Source: an uncultured Trueperella sp.
GTDB lineage: Bacteria; Actinomycetota; Actinomycetes; Actinomycetales; Actinomycetaceae
Direction: 5' to 3'
Length of the DNA: 64,000 bases
Assembly (NCBI GenBank): GCA_964344395.1
Contig: CAYFNA010000001.1
Location: 5,410 to 69,409 of the forward strand
The notes beneath the pieces were generated by a model that did no database searches, had not been told where the DNA came from, and saw only the letters and a program-made list of their open reading frames with translations. A program made the translations under genes and the position numbers. Positions within the stretch are counted from its first letter, which is position 1; every line of letters begins with the position of its first letter. Below, one piece after another: positions 9,119 to 18,366 of this stretch.

Positions 9119-10966
9119 GTGCTTCGCACCCGCATGGCAGGTTCCCTGCGTAAGGAAGATATCGGTTCGACAGTCACGTTGATGGGCTGGGTTGATCGTC
9201 GTCGTGATCATGGAGGCATCGCCTTCATTGATCTGCGTGACGCATCTGGAATCGCACAGGTCACGATCCGCGAGGAGGTGGCGCACGAGCTCCGCAGCGA
9301 GTTCGTCATCAAAGTCACCGGAACCGTCAATGCGCGCCCCGAGGGCAACGCGAACGCCTTAATTCCCACCGGCGACATCGAGGTGGAAGCCACCGAGGTT
9401 GAGGTCCTGAACTCGGCCGCGGCGCTGCCGTTCCAGGTCTCGGACCACGCCGAGGATTCAGGCTCCGTGAACGAAGAGGTGCGCCTGAAGTACCGCTACC
9501 TGGATCTTCGCCGCTCATTCCAGCAGAACGCCCTGCGCCTGCGCGCCAAGGTCAACCAGGCTGCGCGCCGCGTGCTCGATGGCCACGAGTTCGTTGAGGT
9601 CGAAACTCCGACTCTGACCCGGTCTACGCCCGAGGGCGCTCGAGATTTCATCGTGCCGGCGCGTCTGGCACCCGGTTCCTGGTACGCCCTGCCGCAGTCG
9701 CCGCAGCTGTTCAAGCAGCTGCTCATGGTGGGCGGCATGGAGCGGTACTACCAGATTGCTCGGTGCTACCGCGATGAGGATTTCCGCGCCGACCGTCAGC
9801 CCGAGTTCACCCAGCTCGATGTGGAAATGTCCTTCGTCGAGCAGAAGGACGTCATCGCTGTTGCCGAGGACGTGCTCAAGGAGATCTGGAAGCTCATCGG
9901 CTACGAGATTGAGACCCCGATCCCGCACATGCCCTACAAGGAAGCCATGGAGCGGTTCGGCTCGGACAAGCCAGACCTGCGCTTTGGCCAAGAGCTTGTG
10001 GATCTGACTGACTACTTCAAGGACACCCCGTTCAGGGTGTTCCAAAACGAATACGTGGGCGCCGTCGTCATGCCCGGTGGTGCCTCGCAGCCACGCCGAG
10101 CCTTCGACAAGTGGCAGGAGTGGGCGAAGGCCCGCGGAGCCAAGGGTCTGGCATACGTGACAGTTGCCGAGGACGGCACCATGGGCGGCCCCGTGTCCAA
10201 GAACATTTCCGACACCGAACGCGACGGCCTCGCGGAGATCACCGGCGCGAACCCGGGAGACGCGATCTTCTTCGCCGCCGGCAAGCCCGCGCCCTCGCGC
10301 GATCTGCTCGGCGCGGCGCGCCTTGAGATTGGCAAGCGTTGCGATCTGATTGACGAGGACGCGTGGTCGTTCGTGTGGATCGTCGACGCGCCGCTGTTCA
10401 AGCCCACCTCCGAAGCTGAGGAAGAGGGCGACGTCGCTATTGGCGGCGGAAAGTGGACGGCCGTCCACCACGCCTTCACCTCGCCCAAGCCCGAGTGGGT
10501 CGACTCCTTCGATCAGGATCCGGGCAACGCGCTCGCATCGGCCTACGACATCGTCTGCAACGGCAACGAGATCGGCGGCGGTTCCATTCGTATCCACCGC
10601 GGCGACGTCCAGCAGCGCGTCTTCAACATCATGGGTATCGATGAGGAGACCGCGCAGAAGCAGTTCGGCTTCCTGCTGGAGGCGTTCAAGTACGGCGCAC
10701 CTCCGCATGGCGGTATCGCCTTCGGCTGGGATCGCATCGTCTCGCTCCTGGTCAAGGCCAAGTCGATTCGCGACGTCATCGCGTTCCCGAAGATCGGTAA
10801 CGGCTGGGATCCGCTGACGAACGCGCCGGCTCCCATCACGCCCGAACAGCGTAAGGAAGCGGGCGTGGACGCCAAGCCCAAGGACGCCAAGAAGGGCGAA
10901 CAGGCTGATGAGAATGCCGACACCGCAATGGCGGAGAAGGCACAGGCTGAATCGGAAGGCGCATAA
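9119..10966 (+). CDS. aspS: aspartate--tRNA ligase
   Basis: N-terminal OB fold ([23 protein letters not shown]), [13 protein letters not shown] (motif 2), [17 protein letters not shown] (motif 3). The GTG at 9119 is preceded by AAGAGG (9107-9113); the ORF opens at 9068. Confidence 0.93.
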   Translation: MLRTRMAGSLRKEDIGSTVTLMGWVDRRRDHGGIAFIDLRDASGIAQVTIREEVAHELRSEFVIKVTGTVNARPEGNANALIPTGDIEVEATEVEVLNSAAALPFQVSDHAEDSGSVNEEVRLKYRYLDLRRSFQQNALRLRAKVNQAARRVLDGHEFVEVETPTLTRSTPEGARDFIVPARLAPGSWYALPQSPQLFKQLLMVGGMERYYQIARCYRDEDFRADRQPEFTQLDVEMSFVEQKDVIAVAEDVLKEIWKLIGYEIETPIPHMPYKEAMERFGSDKPDLRFGQELVDLTDYFKDTPFRVFQNEYVGAVVMPGGASQPRRAFDKWQEWAKARGAKGLAYVTVAEDGTMGGPVSKNISDTERDGLAEITGANPGDAIFFAAGKPAPSRDLLGAARLEIGKRCDLIDEDAWSFVWIVDAPLFKPTSEAEEEGDVAIGGGKWTAVHHAFTSPKPEWVDSFDQDPGNALASAYDIVCNGNEIGGGSIRIHRGDVQQRVFNIMGIDEETAQKQFGFLLEAFKYGAPPHGGIAFGWDRIVSLLVKAKSIRDVIAFPKIGNGWDPLTNAPAPITPEQRKEAGVDAKPKDAKKGEQADENADTAMAEKAQAESEGA

Positions 10967-11722
10967 GTGCTCGGTGCGCAATCACCATATTGGCGGTTAT
11001 CCGCGTGGAAGTATCGCCTCGACCGATCGCCGATCGAGGCCGTCAATGATCCGGATCTCGGACTCGTGCTCGTCGACAGCGAGCGTGGTAAGACCCTCGT
11101 CATGTACGGCGAGCCTTCCCGCGGCGTGCCCGCGTTGCAAAACCTCCTCCGGCAGGGCATCGCTCCGGCCCGAACGATGATGAATCGCGAGATCTACGGC
11201 GCGCTGGACGCAGACCTGCGGAACCACTTCGGTCCGAACTGGGGTAACGCGTGGGACTTCTTCTGGACGGAAGAGCCCCTGCCTGCCGTTGACAATTCCG
11301 ATCGCGTCGAGCTGTTGCGCTCGGGATCCGAGGAACTGAAGGCCGTTGAGGACGAGGTTCGCGAGGCCCTTCTCGCATCGAATCCGATCACGAGCGCGAT
11401 CGAGCATTTCGACAGGCTCGACTGGTTCATCCTGCGCGCCGACGATGGCAAGATTGCCACGGTCATGGGCTCCACCCAGGAAGAGGGCATGAGCTTCGAG
11501 GGCCTTGGCACCATTCCGGAATACCGCGGTCACGGCTACGGTGGCGCCGCGATGGTCGGCGCCGTCAACCTCTCGCTCGAACACGTCAGCCACGTTCAGT
11601 TCGGTGTGTGGTCGTGGAACGAGGGCGCGATGCGCCTATATCGCAGGCTTGGTATTCATCACGACGGCGGAATGATCATCGGGCGCGAAGAACCCTTCGA
11701 GAATCTCCAGGACATGGCGTGA
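10967..11722 (+). CDS. GNAT-family acetyltransferase-like protein
   Basis: C-terminal GNAT core pattern (EYRGHGYGGAAMVGAV ... NEGAMRLYRRLGI). The N-terminal half was not recognised. Confidence 0.55.
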   Translation: MLGAQSPYWRLSAWKYRLDRSPIEAVNDPDLGLVLVDSERGKTLVMYGEPSRGVPALQNLLRQGIAPARTMMNREIYGALDADLRNHFGPNWGNAWDFFWTEEPLPAVDNSDRVELLRSGSEELKAVEDEVREALLASNPITSAIEHFDRLDWFILRADDGKIATVMGSTQEEGMSFEGLGTIPEYRGHGYGGAAMVGAVNLSLEHVSHVQFGVWSWNEGAMRLYRRLGIHHDGGMIIGREEPFENLQDMA

Positions 11723-12876
11723 AGAAATTCGCTCTGCTCGCGGCCGCGGCCACGATGGCTCTTGCGGGATGCTCACCTGGGCCTGAGGCGGAGTGGAGCG
11801 TTCCGCTCGAGCTCGGCGATTCATACACGACGACGAACGTGCTGTCGATCGCCGAGGCGAACGGCGCCGTCGTCGTACCTGTGTCCAATACCGTCTATGG
11901 TTTCAACGCGTCCTCAAACGAACTCGCGTGGACGGTGACGCTCGGGGAGGAGGTCTCGCAGTGCTTGCCTGCGGGATCGAATGTCCTGTGTGCGACGGGT
12001 CTTGACACGACTGTTGCCCTCGATCGCGAGGGCAACAGTGCTGAGCACGTCGGGTTGGCTGTGGAATATAGCGGCCCGGCCGGGGTTTATTTGGCGCAGG
12101 CCTACGAGGACCGCGTGGAGCTCATCAAGGCCGATCCCGATGCGTCGATTGACGACATCGCGTCGGGCGAGACCGTTGCGGTATACGACGGCCGCTACGC
12201 CAATCTGCCAGATGGTACGCGCATCGAGCTCGGCGAGGACGGCAGCTACCCAGCGCAGATCCAAGAGCTCGTGGACGCAGGAGTGCTCCGGCACAACTCG
12301 GCGTGGCTCAATCCTCCTGCGATTGCGCAGCTTGGCCAGCCGCTTGCTGATGGGCACGTCATCATCGACGGCGGGGCGGTTCAGCTGACGTCGGTGGACC
12401 CGACCACCGTGACGATCTTCGACCTCCACGGCACTGAGACCGAGGAAATCACGGTCGAGACGTCGCTGCACATGTCGGTCAATCCCGGGTGGACGCAGGC
12501 GGACATGAGCGAGATCGTCAACGAGGTTGCGGGCTTAGGGACGAGCCACGCGTCCGTGTTCTCGGACGGCGAGGTAGTCGGATTCGAGCGGATCTTCAGC
12601 GATTCCGTTGCGCCCGCCTTCGCCAACATCGAAGGTTTTGAGCTGTCCACGGGGGAGAAGCTCGGATTCGACCCGATCTCTCCAGAGAGCCAGGGCCTGT
12701 GGGTGGTCGACTACCCGTACGTCTCGGTGTTCGGGCACGGCCCCGACGGCGAGGTCGCCGCAACGTTCGACGTGGCGACCGGCGATCGCGTGATTGAGGG
12801 CGCCAAGTGCCAGTGGACCGATGGGTCGACGTACTGCTTCACCCCGGACCGCCTCGAGAAGATCACGGCGTTCTAG
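11719..12876 (+). CDS. lipoprotein of unknown function
   Basis: The GTG at 11719 overlaps the upstream stop (GTGA). Signal peptide with lipobox MKKFALLAAAATMALAGC. The part of the ORF upstream of this start overlaps the GNAT gene. Confidence 0.7.
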   Translation: MKKFALLAAAATMALAGCSPGPEAEWSVPLELGDSYTTTNVLSIAEANGAVVVPVSNTVYGFNASSNELAWTVTLGEEVSQCLPAGSNVLCATGLDTTVALDREGNSAEHVGLAVEYSGPAGVYLAQAYEDRVELIKADPDASIDDIASGETVAVYDGRYANLPDGTRIELGEDGSYPAQIQELVDAGVLRHNSAWLNPPAIAQLGQPLADGHVIIDGGAVQLTSVDPTTVTIFDLHGTETEEITVETSLHMSVNPGWTQADMSEIVNEVAGLGTSHASVFSDGEVVGFERIFSDSVAPAFANIEGFELSTGEKLGFDPISPESQGLWVVDYPYVSVFGHGPDGEVAATFDVATGDRVIEGAKCQWTDGSTYCFTPDRLEKITAF

Positions 12877-12929
12877 CCGCTCCTCGCGCGGGTCTTATCC
12901 TTCGCAACTGGGGCAGGTTCTCTCTAAAT

Positions 12930-12970
12930 GGTGCAGGAAGTTCCTGCCCGGTTTGGTAGGAACCTGCACC
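12930..12970. terminator. hairpin between convergent genes
   Basis: GGTGCAGGAAGTTCC (12930-12944) pairs with GGAACCTGCACC (12959-12970). An alternative pairing is GGGCAGG (12911-12917) with CCTGCCC (12943-12949). No clear T-tract. Confidence 0.4.
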
Positions 12971-12999
12971 GTTTGCGGGTGTGAGGTGGCCGCCCGGCG

Positions 13000-15606
13000 T
13001 CAGTGGACGATCTTGAACTTCTCGTAGACCCGCTTCAGCGGCTTAGGCGCCCACCAGTTCCACTTGCCGAGCAGGGTCATCGTCGCCGGAACCAGCAGCA
13101 TGCGCACGAGCGTCGCATCGACGATCACGATGAGCGCAAGCATCACACCGATCTGCTTGATCGTGAGCATGTCGCCGAAAACGAAGCCGATGAACACGGC
13201 AATAATAATCGCTGCGGCGGATGTGATGATTCGACCAGAGCGCTGCAGACCCTTCTCAACGGCCGTGTCGTTATCCTCGCCGTTGTCCCAATACTCCTTG
13301 ATGCGCGCGAGCAAGAACACCTCGTAGTCCATGGCGAGGCCAAAGCCGAAGGCGATCGCGGCAGCGACGACGAAGGTCTCGAGCCCGTTCGTCTGCGGCA
13401 TGCCGAAGAGCCCGTTCTCGAACACGAACACAGTCGCGCCCATGCCGGCAAGGAGCGAGAGCGTGTTGATGACGAGCGCCTTGAGCGGAGCCATCACCGA
13501 ACCCGTCATGAGGAACAGCAGGATCAGTACTGCAAGAACCACGACGACGGCCGCGAGCGGTGCTCCCTCAACGATGGACTGGTTGAAGTCAATCTGTAGG
13601 GCGGCGGAACCGCCCACCTTGGTCTCGAAGCCCGGATCGTGGTCGCGGATATCCTGCACAACGCCCGTCACCTCGGAGCCAACCTGGTCATCGGCAGGGA
13701 CGTAGAAGTCGATCTGGGTTTCGCCGCCATTGATCTCAACGGGCTCAGACACCCACTCAACACCGTCGATGCTTTCGATGAACTCCACGAACTCACCGGT
13801 GTCATCGGGCAGCGCATCGGCCACGATCGTGCCGGATGGCGTGGCGAAGGCGCGGTAGTCCTGCATCCCGTCGTAGGCAACGGCCGCGTCCGAGGTCTCG
13901 GGGACGTACTCGATGAAATTCGAGCGCATCTGGAGGTCGCGGATGGGGGAGGCCATAACCAGCAAGATCGCCGTCATGGCGATCAGGATGGGAATCGGGC
14001 GATCGTGCACCCACTTGGCGAGCTTCGAAAAGAAGCCCTCGTCGGAGGCCGAATCGCCGACCTTTTCAACGAGCTTTCCAAAGCCCTTGCGCTGCGAGAG
14101 CCAGGATGGGCTGACCAGACGCTCGCCGAGCAGCTTGATGAGAGCGGGAACCATCGTCACGGCGGTGGCGACGGCGAAGACCGTCACGATCACCCCGCCG
14201 ATTGCGATCATCTTGAGCATCGGTGCTTCCATGATGGCGAGGCCGGCGATGGAGAATGCGATGGTCAGCGCCGAGAACGACACAGTGCGGCCGGCGGTGG
14301 CGACTGTGGTCGTCACGGCGTCGTCGACGAGCGCGTCGACGTCGTCGGGCACAGTCACGCCGTTCGATTCCAGTCCGCGCGCCTCGAGTGCGGCTGCAAC
14401 CTCTTCGCGGTAACGCGAGACGATGAGCAGACCGTAGTCGATGGATAGCGCGAGGCCGATCACGGAAATAATGTTGAGGACGAACGTGTCGACGTTCGTG
14501 GCGTACGTGAGCGCCCACAGCAGACCCATGCCGATCGCGATCGAGGTCAGCGCGCCGATGATCGGAAGGCCCGCGGCGAGCAAACCTCCGAACACGATGA
14601 CAAGCAGGAGCAGTGCGATGGGCAGGCCGATAGCCTCGCCGCGGATGAGATCGACCTTGACCATGTCAAGGATAAGGTTCTCGAGGATCGCGCCCGAGGT
14701 CACGTTGGCCTGAGCGTCGGAGTTGACGTTCTGGATCTCGGCCTCAAACGCGACCGCGGCGGCGAGGATGGGTTCGGTTGCCTCCGTGTCTTCGCCTTGG
14801 ACGTTGACGGCAATGACGAAGCCGTCCTTCGATCGGAAGTCGTCGGCCGGGTTAGGCGTCGATGCCGCCTCCTCCTCGGCGGCTTCGCGCACCTGCGTTT
14901 CAATTTCGGTGCTCGCCGCGTCACGGGCCTGTTCGCGAATCTCGGCGGTGGCGGCTTCGCGAGCCTGCTCTTCGATGTCCGCGGTAGCCTGCGCCCGAAC
15001 CTCGGGTTCGACCTGCTGCATGAGAATCTCGGCGGGAACCCCCGGGTTTTCCGCCTGCGCCTGTGCGACCGCGCCCTCGATGGCGGCCTGAATTTCCGGC
15101 TCGGCCTGAGCAACGGCGCCAGCGAGTGCTTCTTGGATCTGGGGTTCGGCCTGGGCGACGGCGCCGTCGGCGGCCTCTTCGATAGTGGCTTCGTTGTCGG
15201 TGAGTGCTTGAGCGACGGCGTCCTCCACCGCTTCGTTCGTCGCCTGGGTGAATTCGGCGTCGATGACGACGGGATCGGCAACTTGCTCAACCCCGTCGAT
15301 ACCTTCGAGCTCCGTGCGCAGGGTCTCGAGCTGGGACTCGACGTCGCTGGCCTGCACGCCCGTCACCACAATGACGGCAGACTCGACCGACGATTCCTCG
15401 GACGTCTTGTCCATGACGGCGTCCGATTCCGAACCGGGCACCATCGATTCTGACGATTCCATCCGCTGGAAAAGGTTGCCCTGCCCGAAGCCCCACAGGG
15501 CGGAAATGCCGCCGAGCACGAGCAAGAAAACCCATCCGAGTACGAAGAACTTTGGCCGGCGCGCAATTGCGTGACCCAAGAGATCAAACATTCGCTTACC
15601 TTTCAC
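13000..15606 (-). CDS. MMPL/RND-family membrane transporter with repeat insert
   Basis: Two 6-TM bundles with large extracytoplasmic loops and typical MMPL segments (GLALSIDYGLLIVSRYREE; GLAMDYEVFLLARIKE). The alternative ATG start at 15591 has an upstream AAAGG. The insert is described in the findings. Confidence 0.9.
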   Translation of the reverse strand: MKGKRMFDLLGHAIARRPKFFVLGWVFLLVLGGISALWGFGQGNLFQRMESSESMVPGSESDAVMDKTSEESSVESAVIVVTGVQASDVESQLETLRTELEGIDGVEQVADPVVIDAEFTQATNEAVEDAVAQALTDNEATIEEAADGAVAQAEPQIQEALAGAVAQAEPEIQAAIEGAVAQAQAENPGVPAEILMQQVEPEVRAQATADIEEQAREAATAEIREQARDAASTEIETQVREAAEEEAASTPNPADDFRSKDGFVIAVNVQGEDTEATEPILAAAVAFEAEIQNVNSDAQANVTSGAILENLILDMVKVDLIRGEAIGLPIALLLLVIVFGGLLAAGLPIIGALTSIAIGMGLLWALTYATNVDTFVLNIISVIGLALSIDYGLLIVSRYREEVAAALEARGLESNGVTVPDDVDALVDDAVTTTVATAGRTVSFSALTIAFSIAGLAIMEAPMLKMIAIGGVIVTVFAVATAVTMVPALIKLLGERLVSPSWLSQRKGFGKLVEKVGDSASDEGFFSKLAKWVHDRPIPILIAMTAILLVMASPIRDLQMRSNFIEYVPETSDAAVAYDGMQDYRAFATPSGTIVADALPDDTGEFVEFIESIDGVEWVSEPVEINGGETQIDFYVPADDQVGSEVTGVVQDIRDHDPGFETKVGGSAALQIDFNQSIVEGAPLAAVVVVLAVLILLFLMTGSVMAPLKALVINTLSLLAGMGATVFVFENGLFGMPQTNGLETFVVAAAIAFGFGLAMDYEVFLLARIKEYWDNGEDNDTAVEKGLQRSGRIITSAAAIIIAVFIGFVFGDMLTIKQIGVMLALIVIVDATLVRMLLVPATMTLLGKWNWWAPKPLKRVYEKFKIVH

Positions 15607-15736
15607 CTGAGATACATCTATTATGCCTCAGCACCTTTTGATCCGGCCCAGAAAGTGAAAGTGATTACCGACAACATGGCAACGGATGACTCGGCGATCT
15701 CGGTCAGTGCCAGTAAACATCGGGAGGATGTGGAGG

Positions 15737-15758
15737 TGTCGGTGGGCGGGGTTAGACT
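15737..15758 (+). promoter_or_regulatory. RecA-NDp / PafBC-type DNA-damage promoter motif upstream of rarA
   Basis: TGTCGGTG (15737-15744) + 8 nt (ggcggggt) + TAGACT (15753-15758) matches the mycobacterial consensus tTGTCRgtg-N8-TAnnnT exactly. The -10 hexamer ends 6 nt before the rarA ATG at 15765, implying a leaderless mRNA. Confidence 0.5.
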
Positions 15759-15764
15759 GAACAC

Positions 15765-17099
15765 ATGGATCTTTTCGATTCTGCGCACGTCAATGAACAT
15801 GGCACGCCTGTGGATGCACAGGCCCCGCTTGCCGTGCGCATGAGGCCGCAAACGATTGACGAGGTCGTGGGTCAGCAACACCTCCTTGGCCCAGGGCAGC
15901 CACTGCGTAGGCTGATCGAGCCGGATAAGGCCGGGGCGCCGTCGTCGGTGTTCTTGTGGGGGCCACCCGGTATCGGGAAAACCACCCTCGCTTACCTCGT
16001 GGCGCGGCACGGCAATCGCCGCTTCGTCGAGCTCTCGGCGGTCTCGGCGGGTGTGAAGGAACTGCGCGCGGTCATTGAGGACGCCAAGGGCCACCTCGTC
16101 ACCTACGGCACAGAGACCGTGCTCTTTATCGACGAAGTCCACCGCTTCTCGAAAACTCAACAAGACGCGCTGCTGCCCGCCGTCGAAAACGGTTGGGTCA
16201 TCCTCATCGCCGCCACCACGGAGAACCCGTCATTCTCGGTGATCTCGCCACTGCTTTCGCGCTCGCTCCTGCTCACGCTTCACCCGCTCTCGGATGAGGA
16301 CATCGCCGAGCTGCTTCGCCGCGCCCTCGAAGACGAGCGCGGGTACGGCGGCACGGTGAGCGCCGACGACGACGCCCTGGCCGAAATCGTCCGCCTCGCC
16401 GGAAACGACGGGCGCAGGTCGCTGACCATCTTGGAGGCTGCGGTCACGTCGGACACGCTGACGATCAACGACGTCGAAGCGGCGGTTGACGTCTACGCGG
16501 TGCGATACGACCGGGACGGCGACCAGCACTATGACGTGATCTCGGCGTTCATTAAGTCGATTCGTGGCTCCGACGTGGATGCAGCAATGCACTATCTGGC
16601 CCGCATGTTGGAAGCGGGGGAGGATCCGCGCTTTGTGGCGCGCCGGCTCATGATCTCGGCCGCGGAGGATATCGGTATGGCTGATCCTTCGGCGTTGCAG
16701 ACGGCGACGGCGGCCGCCCAGTCGGTGGCGCTCGTGGGTATGCCCGAAGCGCGCATAATCCTCGCGCAGGCCGTCGTCCACCTTGCTACCGCGCCCAAGT
16801 CGAACCGCGCCTACCTCGCGATCAACAAGGCGATTGCGGACGTCAGGTCCGGGCAGATCGGCGCCGTGCCCGTGCATTTGCGTGACACGTCCGTCAAGGC
16901 ATCGAAGATCGCGGCGGAGCAGACGGGCAAGAACCCGGACTACAAGTATCCCTTCGACTATGACTCGGGCGTGGTCGCGCAGCAGTATCTGCCCGATGAG
17001 CTGGATGGCACTGTCTACTACGAGCCACTTGATCGGGGCTACGAGGCCAATATCACGTCGAGAATGGCACGCGTGAGGGCGATTCTTAAAGGGGAGTAG
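15765..17099 (+). CDS. rarA: replication-associated recombination protein A (AAA+ ATPase)
   Basis: [15 protein letters not shown] (Walker A), [11 protein letters not shown] (Walker B / sensor), MgsA C-terminal domain ([30 protein letters not shown]). Confidence 0.95.
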   Translation: MDLFDSAHVNEHGTPVDAQAPLAVRMRPQTIDEVVGQQHLLGPGQPLRRLIEPDKAGAPSSVFLWGPPGIGKTTLAYLVARHGNRRFVELSAVSAGVKELRAVIEDAKGHLVTYGTETVLFIDEVHRFSKTQQDALLPAVENGWVILIAATTENPSFSVISPLLSRSLLLTLHPLSDEDIAELLRRALEDERGYGGTVSADDDALAEIVRLAGNDGRRSLTILEAAVTSDTLTINDVEAAVDVYAVRYDRDGDQHYDVISAFIKSIRGSDVDAAMHYLARMLEAGEDPRFVARRLMISAAEDIGMADPSALQTATAAAQSVALVGMPEARIILAQAVVHLATAPKSNRAYLAINKAIADVRSGQIGAVPVHLRDTSVKASKIAAEQTGKNPDYKYPFDYDSGVVAQQYLPDELDGTVYYEPLDRGYEANITSRMARVRAILKGE

Positions 17100-17228
17100 T
17101 GCTAACCTAGAGCGGTTGCTTCGCCGAAGTAGCTCACTCCATCTGGAGTAAACCCCTGGGATCTTAGCCGTTTGTGTTGATCCCGCGCACACACCGTGCG
17201 TGCCATGAGTCGACAGGAGAGTTTATAC

Positions 17229-17849
17229 ATGGCCGGAAACCGTTCTCGTAAGTCGGTGCGCGAATCGCGCGCCCTTGGTATTCCTCTGACCCCGAAGGCG
17301 GAGCGTCTCATGCAGCGCCGCCCGTACCGTCCCGGTGAGCATGGCCGTGGCCGCGTCAAGGAATCCGATTACTCGATTCGTCTGAAGGAAAAGCAGCGCC
17401 TGCGTGCCCAGTACGGCATTCGCGAGGCTCAGCTTCGTAAGACCTGGGACGAGGCCCGCAAGATGGAAGGCATGGCCGGTGAGAACCTCATCGAACTGCT
17501 GGAAATGCGTCTGGACGCCCTCGTTCTTCGTTCGGGCTTTGCTCGTACGATCGCGCAGGCTCGTCAGGTCGTCGTCCACCGTCACGTCATGGTGGATGGC
17601 AAGATCGTCGATCGTCCGTCCTACCGCGTGAAGCCGGGCCAGATCATTCAGGTTAAGCCGCGCTCGCAGACCTCGCCGCAGTTCATGGTGGCAGCTCAGG
17701 GTCAGCACGCCGACGTCCTGCCGGCCGTTCCCGAGTACCTCAACGTTGATCTGACGAAGCTGCGTGCCGAGCTCGTCCGCCGCCCCAAGCGTGCGGAAGT
17801 TCCGGTCACCTGCGAAGTCCAGCTCGTCGTCGAGCACTACTCGCGCTAA
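17229..17849 (+). CDS. rpsD: 30S ribosomal protein S4
   Basis: MAGNRSRKSVRESRALGIPLTPKA..RPYRPGEHG.. N-terminus and an S4 RNA-binding domain (RLDALVLRSGFARTIAQARQVVVHRHVMVDG). AGGAGA lies upstream of the ATG at 17229. Confidence 0.95.
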   Translation: MAGNRSRKSVRESRALGIPLTPKAERLMQRRPYRPGEHGRGRVKESDYSIRLKEKQRLRAQYGIREAQLRKTWDEARKMEGMAGENLIELLEMRLDALVLRSGFARTIAQARQVVVHRHVMVDGKIVDRPSYRVKPGQIIQVKPRSQTSPQFMVAAQGQHADVLPAVPEYLNVDLTKLRAELVRRPKRAEVPVTCEVQLVVEHYSR

Positions 17850-17861
17850 GACTTATTCACA

Positions 17862-17894
17862 ACAACGCGCCGCGGCCCAGCCGTGGCGCGTTGT
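17862..17894 (+). terminator. hairpin terminator after rpsD
   Basis: ACAACGCGCCGCGG (17862-17875) pairs with CCGTGGCGCGTTGT (17881-17894), with one G-U pair. It starts 13 nt after the rpsD stop. No T-tract, the I-shaped form common in high-GC actinobacteria. Confidence 0.5.
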
Positions 17895-17916
17895 CATATC
17901 CGGGTAGGCTTACCAC

Positions 17917-18321
17917 ATGGCAGATATTACTCTTGGGCAGATTGCTGGCCTTCTGGCAGCACTTGGCTTCCTCGTTCTCGTGTACTTTTCGATCAAGCCG
18001 CTACGAAAGCTCTCGGGCGTGTTGGATCGGTTGACTGAATCGCTGCGCGAACTCACCGAGCACACACTTCCGGCGATTGACGAGGCAGCGCAGACGATTG
18101 GAGAGGCGAACTTCCAGGTGAAGAAGCTCGACGTAATCACGGAAGCGGCAACCCGTACATCCGAGGATATTTCGGCGATGACCACCCTCGTGACGTCAAC
18201 CGTGGGCGCGCCATTCCTCGCAGCCCGCAAGGGCGCATCTCGCCTTCGGGGTGCCTTCGGTCAGAACAAGCCGCAGCAGGCACCCGGCGGTCAATCAGAT
18301 TTTTTCGATACGTCTAACTAG
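17917..18321 (+). CDS. DUF948-like membrane-anchored protein
   Basis: N-terminal TM helix (IAGLLAALGFLVLVYF) followed by a helical region. It occupies the conserved position upstream of alaS. Confidence 0.65.
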   Translation: MADITLGQIAGLLAALGFLVLVYFSIKPLRKLSGVLDRLTESLRELTEHTLPAIDEAAQTIGEANFQVKKLDVITEAATRTSEDISAMTTLVTSTVGAPFLAARKGASRLRGAFGQNKPQQAPGGQSDFFDTSN

Positions 18322-18366
18322 TCATAGACTTGGGGCCTACGCCTCAGAAACAACCACAGGAGCACT

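Noticed and set aside
9515-10981. 488-aa ORF on the minus strand
   Set aside because: It is entirely antisense to the unmistakable aspS gene and has an Arg/Gly/Leu/Val-rich composition with no recognisable motif. This is the usual long antisense-ORF artefact of GC-rich DNA.
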